Shown here: positions 8,499 through 16,272 of the stretch, one piece after another
How positions within the stretch are numbered: position 1 is the stretch's first letter
Layout of the letters: every line of letters starts with the position of its first letter
Translations under genes and position numbers: made by a program
From: a virus
Lineage: Duplodnaviria; Heunggongvirae; Uroviricota; Caudoviricetes
Direction: 5' to 3' (one strand)
Virus record (IMG/VR): IMGVR_UViG_3300042484_000872
Location: 1-48,337 of that record
Length of the DNA: 48,337 nucleotides
Notes under the pieces: model-generated
What the model saw: only the letters and a program-made list of their open reading frames with translations
What the model was told of the DNA's origin: nothing
The model's database searches: none

Positions 8499-8768
8499 TT
8501 AAACTATTGTTGTAGTTGTAGTAGTCGTAGGAGCTACAGTTGTGGTTGTAGTTGTTGTAGGTGCTACAGTTGTACTAGTTGTAGTGGTAGGAGCAACTGT
8601 AGTAGTGGTTGTTGTTGTTGTATAATTACAACACTCCTTAGCATCTATCTCTTTCCAATTACCCACCTTCGGTTTAAATGCTTGTACAATTAAACTGCTT
8701 GATACTACACGTCCTGAACCATCAAAACGTACATAAGCTTTAAGCTTATTATTATTATTTCTAGCCAT
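8499..8768 (-). CDS. Small virion protein with mucin-like poly-Thr tail (LKAxVRxDG family, copy 1)
   Basis: LKAYVRFDGSGRVV...PKVGNWKEI...ECCNY followed by (T7-8 VAP)3 T7. Confidence 0.8.
   Translation of the reverse strand: MARNNNNKLKAYVRFDGSGRVVSSSLIVQAFKPKVGNWKEIDAKECCNYTTTTTTTTVAPTTTTSTTVAPTTTTTTTVAPTTTTTTTIV
8508..8621 (-). repeat. Thr-rich coding repeat, 10-aa unit TTTTTTTVAP, about 3.8 copies
   Basis: T8-VAP-TTTTSTT-VAP-T7-VAP-T7; mixed ACA/ACT/ACC/ACG codons. Confidence 0.9.
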
Positions 8769-8783
8769 GATTTATTTTTTAAA

Positions 8784-9203
8784 TTATACTGGACAAGGTC
8801 CTAATGATTCAATTGTTGGTGTAAATAAAACTGCAATTATTCCACCACCTGCAGCATTAGCATTTGCACAGAATTGTCTAAAATCTCCAGGATTAAGAAG
8901 TCCTTCATCTATTACTTCATTGTTACAATCTATATATGATAAATATCCTGGAGTAGCACCATTGTTAGTAACAAGATATTCAACACAATTTATACCTAGT
9001 GTTGTTGTTGTAGTAGTTGATGGTACTACAGTTGTGGTTGTAGTGGTGGTAGGAACGTAGTTACAGCATTCATATGCTAGAATTTCACGCCATTTACCAA
9101 CCTTTGGCTTATTTTTTCTAAGGACTAAGCTTCCTGCAACTATTCTGTGGCTACCATCGTAGCGAACAAAAGCCTTTAAAGGTCTTGAATTAATGCTTCC
9201 CAT
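8784..9203 (-). CDS. Small virion protein with poly-Thr linker and Cys-containing C-terminal domain (LKAxVRxDG family, copy 2)
   Basis: LKAFVRYDGSHRIV...PKVGKWREI...ECCNY-VP-T7-VVPS-T6, then a C.EY...SYIDC...FC module. Confidence 0.8.
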   Translation of the reverse strand: MGSINSRPLKAFVRYDGSHRIVAGSLVLRKNKPKVGKWREILAYECCNYVPTTTTTTTVVPSTTTTTTLGINCVEYLVTNNGATPGYLSYIDCNNEVIDEGLLNPGDFRQFCANANAAGGGIIAVLFTPTIESLGPCPV

Positions 9204-9220
9204 TTGTTTTAAATTTAGGG

Positions 9221-10237
9221 TTAATAGTTTAGGTTGTATTTTTGTTTTAGTTCATTTAATTTAGTTGCATAGAACCAAGTGCAATATTTTTTTGATTTTT
9301 CATCATTAAGGATAACATCTAAGTTAGGATCTTTTGTTGGATCTGATCCCATATGATATTTTCCTTTATAGAAAGCTGGGTAACCATTTCCTGTTTCAGA
9401 AACTATTCCTGCATTATGAAAGATTGTATGTGTGTCTAATTTGATAATTGGATCTGTAGCCCAAGCAAATGCTAATTCTGGAACCACTTTAGTTTCTCCA
9501 TCTCTTAACCATATGTTCCATAAAACTGCCCACATATCAGCACACCAACTTTGGTATCCAGAATTCTCATCTTTAAAGAACTCTCTATTTATCTTTTGTA
9601 AATATGTTCTTATAAGGATACAATCATTCATCACCTTGCTCCAGAAATCACCATCTATGTTCTTTAATAGATATTGTGCTCCTCCTGAATGATCATTATT
9701 AGCTTCACAGATTTCTCTGCTTATTCCTATAATACTAGCAAGTTCTCCAAGAATATCTCTGCTCTTGTATTCTTCTAGCTTTTCTGGTAACACTTGGTGT
9801 ATCTTACTATCAAAATACTTAGCGTTTATGTAGCTATTTGTATCAGATAGATAGTTGATGTCATCCTCTAAGAATTTATCTACATTAAAATCCTTCATGA
9901 ATAGAATATCACTATCACAATAGAAGATAGCTTTTTCTTTTAACTCTGGATGTTTTTTAAAATGTTTCCAAAGAACATATGGTCTTAGTACAGGAATGTA
10001 TATTCCTAATAACTGATTTAGGTTATCTTCATCTGCATAGTAATGAAACTCTGCTTCTGGATATAGATCTTCTATCTGTTTCCATTTATCTCTGTTCTCT
10101 CTCCCTTTAGGTGTAAAGATAACTGATATAGCTTTATCAGAATGTCCTATTTCTTTTAGACTCTCTAACCAAAGATTCACTTGCCATGTATAATAAATAT
10201 CGCTTGGACAAGCTTGTAAAAATTTTAAATCTTTCAT
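9221..10237 (-). CDS. GT-A fold glycosyltransferase; candidate protein O-glycosyltransferase
   Basis: DxD motif FYCDSDILF; YYTWQV, GGAQYLL, WCADMW and HNAG motifs. Confidence 0.72.
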   Translation of the reverse strand: MKDLKFLQACPSDIYYTWQVNLWLESLKEIGHSDKAISVIFTPKGRENRDKWKQIEDLYPEAEFHYYADEDNLNQLLGIYIPVLRPYVLWKHFKKHPELKEKAIFYCDSDILFMKDFNVDKFLEDDINYLSDTNSYINAKYFDSKIHQVLPEKLEEYKSRDILGELASIIGISREICEANNDHSGGAQYLLKNIDGDFWSKVMNDCILIRTYLQKINREFFKDENSGYQSWCADMWAVLWNIWLRDGETKVVPELAFAWATDPIIKLDTHTIFHNAGIVSETGNGYPAFYKGKYHMGSDPTKDPNLDVILNDEKSKKYCTWFYATKLNELKQKYNLNY

Positions 10238-10266
10238 AATGTAGTTGGTTTTAATTTTGGTTTTAT

Positions 10267-10653
10267 TTATTGATCAGCAGTTATTATTCCACCTGTTATT
10301 GTTAAGCAAACTCCATAACCTTTATTATAACTTCCATCAGGAAATGGTATTGTTGCTGCTTCATCTAACCATATTGCACATCCTATTTCTGGAAAGAAAA
10401 GTGCACAATTATATGTCATCCATACGTCAAAATAAACTTGTGGGTTTGGACATGCTTGAGGACATATTGCAGGACAATTAACAAATTTATTTGTACTATT
10501 AACTATAGTATCAGGTGATATAGTGCTAGTAGTAGTGGTTGTAGTAGGACATCCACCAGCTCTAACACAGATTAGTTGTTCTAACTGTTTAGAGATCTGC
10601 CAAAGAAGATTTGTTCTTGTACTTCCACCTATTTGTCTGTTTGGTATTGCCAT
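10267..10653 (-). CDS. AIPxRQIG-family small virion protein 3, with poly-Thr linker and Cys-rich head
   Basis: MAIPNRQIGG...NLLWQISKQLEQL.CV.AGGC-PTTTTTST. Confidence 0.8.
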   Translation of the reverse strand: MAIPNRQIGGSTRTNLLWQISKQLEQLICVRAGGCPTTTTTTSTISPDTIVNSTNKFVNCPAICPQACPNPQVYFDVWMTYNCALFFPEIGCAIWLDEAATIPFPDGSYNKGYGVCLTITGGIITADQ

Positions 10654-10663
10654 TGTTTATTTT

Positions 10664-11017
10664 TTATAATGCTGTTGTTGTAGTGGTAGTGGTGTGAGAA
10701 TCTATACAAGGTTGACACTCATTAAGAGTGGGCCATACATATGTAATAGTTCCAACATCTGCTGGGTTAGTTGTTTGATCAATTATAAACCAACATTCAG
10801 GTGTATCATTATTAACGATAGTACCTTCAGGTAATACACCTGTACCAGTGTAAGAAATAACATGGTATTCCATTCTCTCACATCCTGCTACATTATAATT
10901 AGTAGTTTGACCACAGCCACCAGCAGTTACACATGTCAGACGTTCTAATTGCTTAGATATCTGCCATAGTAAGTTAGCTTTAGTGCTCCATCCAATTTGT
11001 CGAGAAGGTATTGCCAT
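10664..11017 (-). CDS. AIPxRQIG-family small virion protein 2, with C-terminal poly-Thr
   Basis: MAIPSRQIGW...NLLWQISKQLERLTCVTAGGCG; ends HTTTTTTTAL. Confidence 0.8.
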   Translation of the reverse strand: MAIPSRQIGWSTKANLLWQISKQLERLTCVTAGGCGQTTNYNVAGCERMEYHVISYTGTGVLPEGTIVNNDTPECWFIIDQTTNPADVGTITYVWPTLNECQPCIDSHTTTTTTTAL

Positions 11018-11021
11018 AATA

Positions 11022-11492
11022 TTATAAAACTGTATAGTTATAAACTTTTATATCCACTCTAATATTTACTTGTTCTGCACTAATAACTTCTGGACAAGTT
11101 AAATATATTGCAGTTCCAGCATTTCTTACCAACCATGGAACATATATATCTTCACCATCTCCAGCAGAATAACAAAAACCTATCAATCCATAACTATCAA
11201 CTATAATATCTAAAAGTTCTATAACTATACTACCTAAATATGGACTACTACTAAAATTAACATTACCTAGCGTATTTTCAAATTCAGATTGAACAGTAAC
11301 TACACCCTCTATATCTTGACTTAATATAGCTGTATATACTTTATAAGAAGGTAAAATGGTTGTAGTGGTGGTAGTGGTAATAGCACCACAGCCACCAGCT
11401 GTTACGCATGTTAATCTCTCTAATTGCTTAGAGATTTGCCATAAGAGATTATCTTCTGTTCCCCAGCCTATTTGTCTTGATGGTATAGCCAT
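11022..11492 (-). CDS. AIPxRQIG-family small virion protein 1, with poly-Thr linker
   Basis: MAIPSRQIGW...NLLWQISKQLERLTCVTAGGCGAI-T7, then a YKVYTAILSQ...ENTLG beta domain. Confidence 0.8.
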   Translation of the reverse strand: MAIPSRQIGWGTEDNLLWQISKQLERLTCVTAGGCGAITTTTTTTILPSYKVYTAILSQDIEGVVTVQSEFENTLGNVNFSSSPYLGSIVIELLDIIVDSYGLIGFCYSAGDGEDIYVPWLVRNAGTAIYLTCPEVISAEQVNIRVDIKVYNYTVL

Positions 11493-11510
11493 TATATATA
11501 TTTTATTTTA

Positions 11511-12560
11511 TTAATAAATTTTTGTTAATGTAAAGTTTCTTGAAAGAATTGAGTTACCTGCATTAGTTGTATTCCATTGAACAGTGACTACAAGTGTATT
11601 ATCTATTGTTGTATTAAATGTCGTATTATTAACTGTGCTTAATACATATCCTTCAAAATTAGTTCCTGAATTTTTAATATAAGAAAACAATCCTCCTGAT
11701 GATATTGATGCAACACCTGCTCCTCCTAATGTTCTTATTGTAAAATATAAATTTATTAACCAAGACTTATTAGTTGTAGCATCCATAGAAATTATACCTG
11801 TATCAGCTAAAAGCACTCCAGCTAATGTTCTAACACGCACATGTAATGTTGCTGAACCTAAACAAGTGATTACACCATCTAATGCACAAGTGAAACTATC
11901 TCCTATTTGAAATCCATTAGCAGGAACAGTTAATGTACCTACACCTGGTCCTATTATTGTTGTTTCTACAATTGTAGCTGTTACAGGTCCTCCATCACCA
12001 GTTTGTGCAAATAAACCTGTAAGTCCTGAAGGACCTTGAGGACCTGTGTCTCCTTGTATTCCTTGAACACCTTGTAAACCTTGGTTACCTTGCAGTCCTT
12101 GTTCCCCTTGTATTCCCTGTGGACCAGTAGGTCCTTGATCTCCTTGTGGTCCTTTTATATCACCAGCATCAAACCAAGCTGTACCATTCCAAGTCATTAA
12201 AGACCCATCAGATAATAAAATCCATGCATCACCAATATTAGCTCCAGGTAAAGAGCCTGCACCAGCATTAAATGCTGCTAAGTCTGCATAAGAACCAAGA
12301 ATAGTTACAGAGTTACCTGCAGTTCCTTGAGGTCCTTGATCTCCAGTTACACCTTGTTCACCTTGTATTCCTTGAATTCCTTGATCTCCTTCTATACCTT
12401 GTTCACCTTGTACACCTTGTGGACCTTCAGGACCTATTGGACCAGGAACACCTGGACCAGCAATATCTGCTATAAGTTTATCAAGATTAAGCCAACCTTT
12501 GTACCCTAAACAAGGTTTACATAATTGATCCCAAAATCCTGCTTTAATAAATGTTGCCAT
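11511..12560 (-). CDS. Collagen-like fibre protein
   Basis: Two Gly-X-Y tracts; ATG 12560 (MATFIKAGFW) preferred because the track's TTG 12581 lies inside the promoter -7 box. Confidence 0.88.
   Translation of the reverse strand: MATFIKAGFWDQLCKPCLGYKGWLNLDKLIADIAGPGVPGPIGPEGPQGVQGEQGIEGDQGIQGIQGEQGVTGDQGPQGTAGNSVTILGSYADLAAFNAGAGSLPGANIGDAWILLSDGSLMTWNGTAWFDAGDIKGPQGDQGPTGPQGIQGEQGLQGNQGLQGVQGIQGDTGPQGPSGLTGLFAQTGDGGPVTATIVETTIIGPGVGTLTVPANGFQIGDSFTCALDGVITCLGSATLHVRVRTLAGVLLADTGIISMDATTNKSWLINLYFTIRTLGGAGVASISSGGLFSYIKNSGTNFEGYVLSTVNNTTFNTTIDNTLVVTVQWNTTNAGNSILSRNFTLTKIY
12018..12152 (-). repeat. Collagen Gly-X-Y tract 2 (15 triplets)
   Basis: GPQGDQGPTGPQGIQ...GPSGLT. Confidence 0.92.
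12309..12452 (-). repeat. Collagen Gly-X-Y tract 1 (16 triplets)
   Basis: GVPGPIGPEGPQ...GTAGNS. Confidence 0.92.
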
Positions 12561-12578
12561 GATTAATGTTGTAAGTGT

Positions 12579-12607
12579 CAAAGATATAAGTTTTATTTTA
12601 TATACAA
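12579..12607 (-). promoter_or_regulatory. Bacteroidota housekeeping-sigma promoter
   Basis: On the - strand: TTG, 18-nt spacer, TATCTTTG (perfect TAnnTTTG), 19 nt upstream of ATG 12560. Confidence 0.7.
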
Positions 12608-12672
12608 TAACTGATTTTTAAATTGTTATAATTAAACTAATTATAAATGTATATTTTTATAATTAAAATTGT

Positions 12673-13026
12673 TTATAATTCATTTCGTAATTCATTATAC
12701 TTAATTCTAATTTTATTACGTTGGCTCATTATTTCAATAGGTATTTCTATACCTGTATCTAATTTTCTTATAATATACCAATCTGTAATATAAAGTTCAT
12801 CATATTGAAGTTTGTTTAATTCTTCAATTCTTTGCTGTTTTCTAAATTGTACTTCTTGTTCAGTTATTCCTTCAATCCATCCTGTACCATTCCAAATAGG
12901 AACTAATAAATCTGAACTTGGTAAAATATCTGTTAAATTCCAATCAGCAATTTCACTTCCTTTAAAATCTAAAACTTCTTGTGTATATAAAATACATCTG
13001 CCTGTTTCTAATATTCTTGCTTTCAT
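12673..13026 (-). CDS. Tail fibre assembly chaperone-like protein
   Basis: WNGTGW followed by L...L..TDWYIIRKLDTG..IP.EI...R..IR, typical of phage tail assembly chaperones; follows a fibre gene. Confidence 0.7.
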   Translation of the reverse strand: MKARILETGRCILYTQEVLDFKGSEIADWNLTDILPSSDLLVPIWNGTGWIEGITEQEVQFRKQQRIEELNKLQYDELYITDWYIIRKLDTGIEIPIEIMSQRNKIRIKYNELRNEL

Positions 13027-13027
13027 A

Positions 13028-14086
13028 TTATACTTCTTCGATTTCTATTTGTATTGTAAAAGCTCCTCCTAAATTACCGCCACCGAATCCAGCTCTTCCA
13101 AAAGATATAAGAGGTATAATTCCGTGCCCTTTAGGTATTGTAACTCCGCCTGTAGTATCTTTAAAATTATATAATGTTCCACCTGGATTTAATGCAGTTG
13201 TTAAAACTTGAAAATCCTCACAAACTTGTACATTTGTTACAACTATATTAGTTGTTGAGTTTTGAGGAACTAAGTTCGAACCAATTACAATTCTTAATGG
13301 CTGTGCAAAATAACTACCACTATTAACCCTTGACTCAATAACAAAAGATTTAATTTTACAATTATACGGAGCAATCCCAATTGGCATTAATGTTATTATT
13401 CCTAATGCAGTTAAAGCAACACTAGTTCCTGAATTTACATTTGCAACAGATAATTCATAATTTGTAGAGCCAACCAAAACAAATGGGTTTGGAGATACAT
13501 TAGCTGGAAAAGTCCAAGCACTTCTATTGTTAAATACTTCTGTTCTTTTTTTATCATTTAGCTGATTTTGAATAGAACTAGTAACTCCTTTAACATAACT
13601 TAATTCAGTTAATGAAGGATATGTTGCAGTTGATAATGAGCCTATTGAATTTGTTCCACTCCAATATGTAAGTTCATTTGTAACTCCTGTACCTATAGAT
13701 GTTAAATATATATTATTATCTAATGTAAATGTTCCAGCAGCAGTCATTTTAACAAATGGTGTATTAGATACCCATGTAGGATAATTTAATGCTGCCCAAG
13801 TTCCTACAGTAGGAATAGTTGGAAAAGTTTGAAATGCCCCTGTACCATCTATATATTGAGATATTGTACCTGTAGGTAAAGGATAATACAATCCATTATA
13901 TACAATAGTACCATTGCTCCATGTAACAGAAGGATTGGGATAGGTTCCAGATAAATCACCACCAGCAGGTCCTGTAGGACTTCCACCTCCACCACCAAGT
14001 TTCTTTATCTGACCAAACTTATCAATAATAATAACTCTTCCATCATCAGTTGATGTATTACCATATTTATCTAATATCTGTATCAT
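13028..14086 (-). CDS. Tail fibre-like protein
   Basis: PTGPAGGDLSGTYPNP and YIDGTG motifs, ELSYVKGVTSSIQNQLN coiled segment, beta-rich C-terminus; adjacent to a chaperone gene. Confidence 0.7.
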   Translation of the reverse strand: MIQILDKYGNTSTDDGRVIIIDKFGQIKKLGGGGGSPTGPAGGDLSGTYPNPSVTWSNGTIVYNGLYYPLPTGTISQYIDGTGAFQTFPTIPTVGTWAALNYPTWVSNTPFVKMTAAGTFTLDNNIYLTSIGTGVTNELTYWSGTNSIGSLSTATYPSLTELSYVKGVTSSIQNQLNDKKRTEVFNNRSAWTFPANVSPNPFVLVGSTNYELSVANVNSGTSVALTALGIITLMPIGIAPYNCKIKSFVIESRVNSGSYFAQPLRIVIGSNLVPQNSTTNIVVTNVQVCEDFQVLTTALNPGGTLYNFKDTTGGVTIPKGHGIIPLISFGRAGFGGGNLGGAFTIQIEIEEV

Positions 14087-14385
14087 TGAGTTTGTGTAGC
14101 ACTAACATAATATGTTCCACCTGGAACATTAGTTGTTATTTGAAGATAGTTTCCTGGGTATAATGTATATGATTCATTATCTCTTACAGAATCACCAGCG
14201 CTAAGATCAAATCTATATATAGGAACAACTTGTGCTTCTGGTATACCTATATGTTTATATAGAATAACATGATAATCACTTGCTAAGTTATTTATAATAA
14301 TAGTGTTTACAACAAGTGTATCTGTTGTAGACTTTATTATTGTTGAACCATTAGTTGCTATTTGACCTTGAAAGATTATTTCCAT
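14083..14385 (-). CDS. Hypothetical beta-rich (virion) protein
   Basis: 100 aa; coupled on both sides (TAATG and ATGA). Confidence 0.7.
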   Translation of the reverse strand: MEIIFQGQIATNGSTIIKSTTDTLVVNTIIINNLASDYHVILYKHIGIPEAQVVPIYRFDLSAGDSVRDNESYTLYPGNYLQITTNVPGGTYYVSATQTQ

Positions 14386-14519
14386 TATCCTTGTGCGTTG
14401 TATCTTTTTTTGTAATTCTTAGAAGATTTAAGTTTAGATGTACTAGATTTAGCATGTACACCTGGTCTGCTAATTTTAATCTTTACTCTTTTCTCTGATG
14501 TGTTGGTTGCTTTTGCCAT
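14385..14519 (-). CDS. Small basic protein (44 aa, MAKATNTSEKRVKIKISRPGVHAKSSTSKLKSSKNYKKRYNAQG), not in the ORF track
   Basis: Manual translation; TAATAATG at the start and TAATG overlap at the end. Confidence 0.75.
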   Translation of the reverse strand: MAKATNTSEKRVKIKISRPGVHAKSSTSKLKSSKNYKKRYNAQG

Positions 14520-14521
14520 TA

Positions 14522-14998
14522 TTAAAAAACTTTATGTTCTATTACTATTCCCCATGTAGGAGGTAGATGTGTTTGTATTGTGTAATTAACTCCTGTTGAC
14601 CAGTTCTTATATTCAAACATTATATTTCCATATAATGAAGGAAGAACCTGTTGCAGCTTTATAGATTGTACACCAGCATATCCATGAATCTCTAATGGAT
14701 GTTTAGTTTTAATTATATCTTTTTGTATACCTATTAAACTTTTCTGATGAAATATGATTGAATCTTTTATATCTAGTTTGTTATTGAATTCAACTTCTTT
14801 CCTCTGATAGTTTTTGATTCTTATCTCTTGCTCTTTGAGAACATTCTTAGCAAAATCATAACGTACAAGATCAGAAACAACCTTCCTAGAAATAGTTTCA
14901 CTAAGGGTGACGACAGAATCATTTTTCTGAGTAACGATCTGTGAAGTACCTTTGAAGCCCACTAACAGGCAAACTATCAATAATCCTAATTTGTACAT
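14522..14998 (-). CDS. Signal-peptide protein with coiled coil; possible spanin partner
   Basis: MYKLGLLIVCLLVGFKGTSQ signal-like N-terminus; overlaps the 3' end of the TM protein in the lysis cluster. Confidence 0.5.
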   Translation of the reverse strand: MYKLGLLIVCLLVGFKGTSQIVTQKNDSVVTLSETISRKVVSDLVRYDFAKNVLKEQEIRIKNYQRKEVEFNNKLDIKDSIIFHQKSLIGIQKDIIKTKHPLEIHGYAGVQSIKLQQVLPSLYGNIMFEYKNWSTGVNYTIQTHLPPTWGIVIEHKVF

Positions 14999-15233
14999 AT
15001 TCTTTTTGTTTGATTATTTTAATTCTATTAACTATCACTGTATCCACTTTAGATAAACTATCTATTGTTTTACTAGACTCATGATCTTTTTGTTCAAGAA
15101 TGAGAATCTTGCTTTCTAATATCTTTGTTTGTTCTATTAGAATAGTATTCTTATTTTGTTCTGATAATGTAAAGAATACCAAAACAACGATGATAATCAC
15201 CGCTAAGTACTGATCTTTTAAATACTGTAACAT
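14919..15233 (-). CDS. N-terminal TM/coiled-coil protein; possible i-spanin
   Basis: YLAVIIIVVLVFFTL TM helix followed by heptads; directly after the endolysin candidate. Confidence 0.55.
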   Translation of the reverse strand: MLQYLKDQYLAVIIIVVLVFFTLSEQNKNTILIEQTKILESKILILEQKDHESSKTIDSLSKVDTVIVNRIKIIKQKEYVQIRIIDSLPVSGLQRYFTDRYSEK

Positions 15234-15628
15234 TACTCAGTGATGTTTATAAATATCTTCTCTGTCTTTCTTACAGCTTTTATCTTATCAAATAAAGCTT
15301 TATATGTCACTCTAGATTTACCAATAAAGTTTAATGATCTAGTACCACCTACAAGAATGCATCCTTCTGTATTAGCAGATGTATTACCAGAATGTATTCT
15401 GATTCCTTCAAATCCAGGAACATTAAGTAATAAAGGCATATATTGTTGAAAGCGATTAGAGAATGTAACTGCCACCTCATATTTCCCATAAGGAATAGCT
15501 GTAACATTTTGAATCTTCTTATCTCTCACTTTATCCTCTAATGTATAACAAACAAATTTTCCATCAATAGAAAGTTCTCCTATTGTGGAATCATCTGTAA
15601 ATATCTTTCTCTTTAATTCTAAGATCAT
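15233..15628 (-). CDS. DUF5675-like protein; candidate endolysin
   Basis: STIGEL..DG..VCYTLED...IP.G.Y...LLNVPGFEGIRIHSGNT..NTEGCILVG; located in the holin cluster. Confidence 0.75.
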   Translation of the reverse strand: MILELKRKIFTDDSTIGELSIDGKFVCYTLEDKVRDKKIQNVTAIPYGKYEVAVTFSNRFQQYMPLLLNVPGFEGIRIHSGNTSANTEGCILVGGTRSLNFIGKSRVTYKALFDKIKAVRKTEKIFINITE

Positions 15629-15828
15629 AATATACCTCCTTTAGCTTTCATTAATTTTTCTACAATAGTTGTTATTCCTTCTATAGTTATATATGCTGTT
15701 GCAATGATCACCCAATCAGATGATGTTAAGTTTCCAAGAAATAGACCAACAGAACCTACAACAAATACAGTAAGTTTTCTACTCACCCATTTGTTTAAAT
15801 AAAAATCTATCTTTTCTCTTGTACTCAT
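15625..15828 (-). CDS. Holin-like membrane protein
   Basis: 67 aa with two hydrophobic segments, SRKL motif and basic C-terminus. Confidence 0.6.
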   Translation of the reverse strand: MSTREKIDFYLNKWVSRKLTVFVVGSVGLFLGNLTSSDWVIIATAYITIEGITTIVEKLMKAKGGIL

Positions 15829-16145
15829 GCTTTAATGTTTTTATACAGCGTAGATAAATATTGTAATATAGCACCAATTGCTATTATTAATCCTACAGTC
15901 CATGTGAAGCGTTTCTTAAACTCTTCTTGTTTCTGTATTTTATCTTCTAAGTCTTTTATTTTGCCTTTAAGCTCAGTTAAATCAGCAACAAATCCCCCTG
16001 TCTTTGTTAATGCATTACCTAATATTGCGTCTACAACTTGTGTTAATTTAGTGTCTATAGAAGTCATCTTCTCCTCTAGATCATATAATCGTTGATCCAT
16101 GCTTTTCAGTTCTTTTTCTACTTGTTTTTCAAATGCGTTTTCCAT
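15825..16145 (-). CDS. Coiled-coil protein with C-terminal TM (XhlA-like/holin-associated)
   Basis: Heptad repeats followed by WTVGLIIAIGAILQYL. Confidence 0.55.
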   Translation of the reverse strand: MENAFEKQVEKELKSMDQRLYDLEEKMTSIDTKLTQVVDAILGNALTKTGGFVADLTELKGKIKDLEDKIQKQEEFKKRFTWTVGLIIAIGAILQYLSTLYKNIKA

Positions 16146-16203
16146 AAGGGGAGTGTGGATGTTATTATTACATAATGTAATGATTATACCAATTTATATA
16201 TAG

Positions 16204-16234
16204 CAAATATAAATCTTAATTATGTATTATGAAA
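16204..16234 (-). promoter_or_regulatory. Bacteroidota housekeeping-sigma promoter for the lysis/fibre genes
   Basis: On the - strand: TTTC (imperfect -33), 19-nt spacer, TATATTTG(C). Confidence 0.65.
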
Positions 16235-16272
16235 GGGTGTGTATTAAATATCTGATATAATATAGCTATTGA

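Noticed and set aside
8508-8621. Repeat array resembling CRISPR or a VNTR
   Set aside because: It is an in-frame coding Thr/VAP repeat with synonymous variation and no unique spacers.
8767-9060. + strand Val-rich ORF and other + strand ORFs within 4697-46775
   Set aside because: Antisense shadows of the - strand genes (poly-Val is the reverse complement of poly-Thr); no independent signals.
10267-11492. Diversity-generating retroelement acting on the paralogous heads
   Set aside because: No reverse transcriptase in the window and no near-identical TR/VR pair with A-specific differences; the heads are unrelated domains.
12561-12581. Track's TTG start for the collagen fibre
   Set aside because: It lies inside the -7 promoter box, and ATG 12560 aligns with the paralogous N-terminus of 7076-7786.
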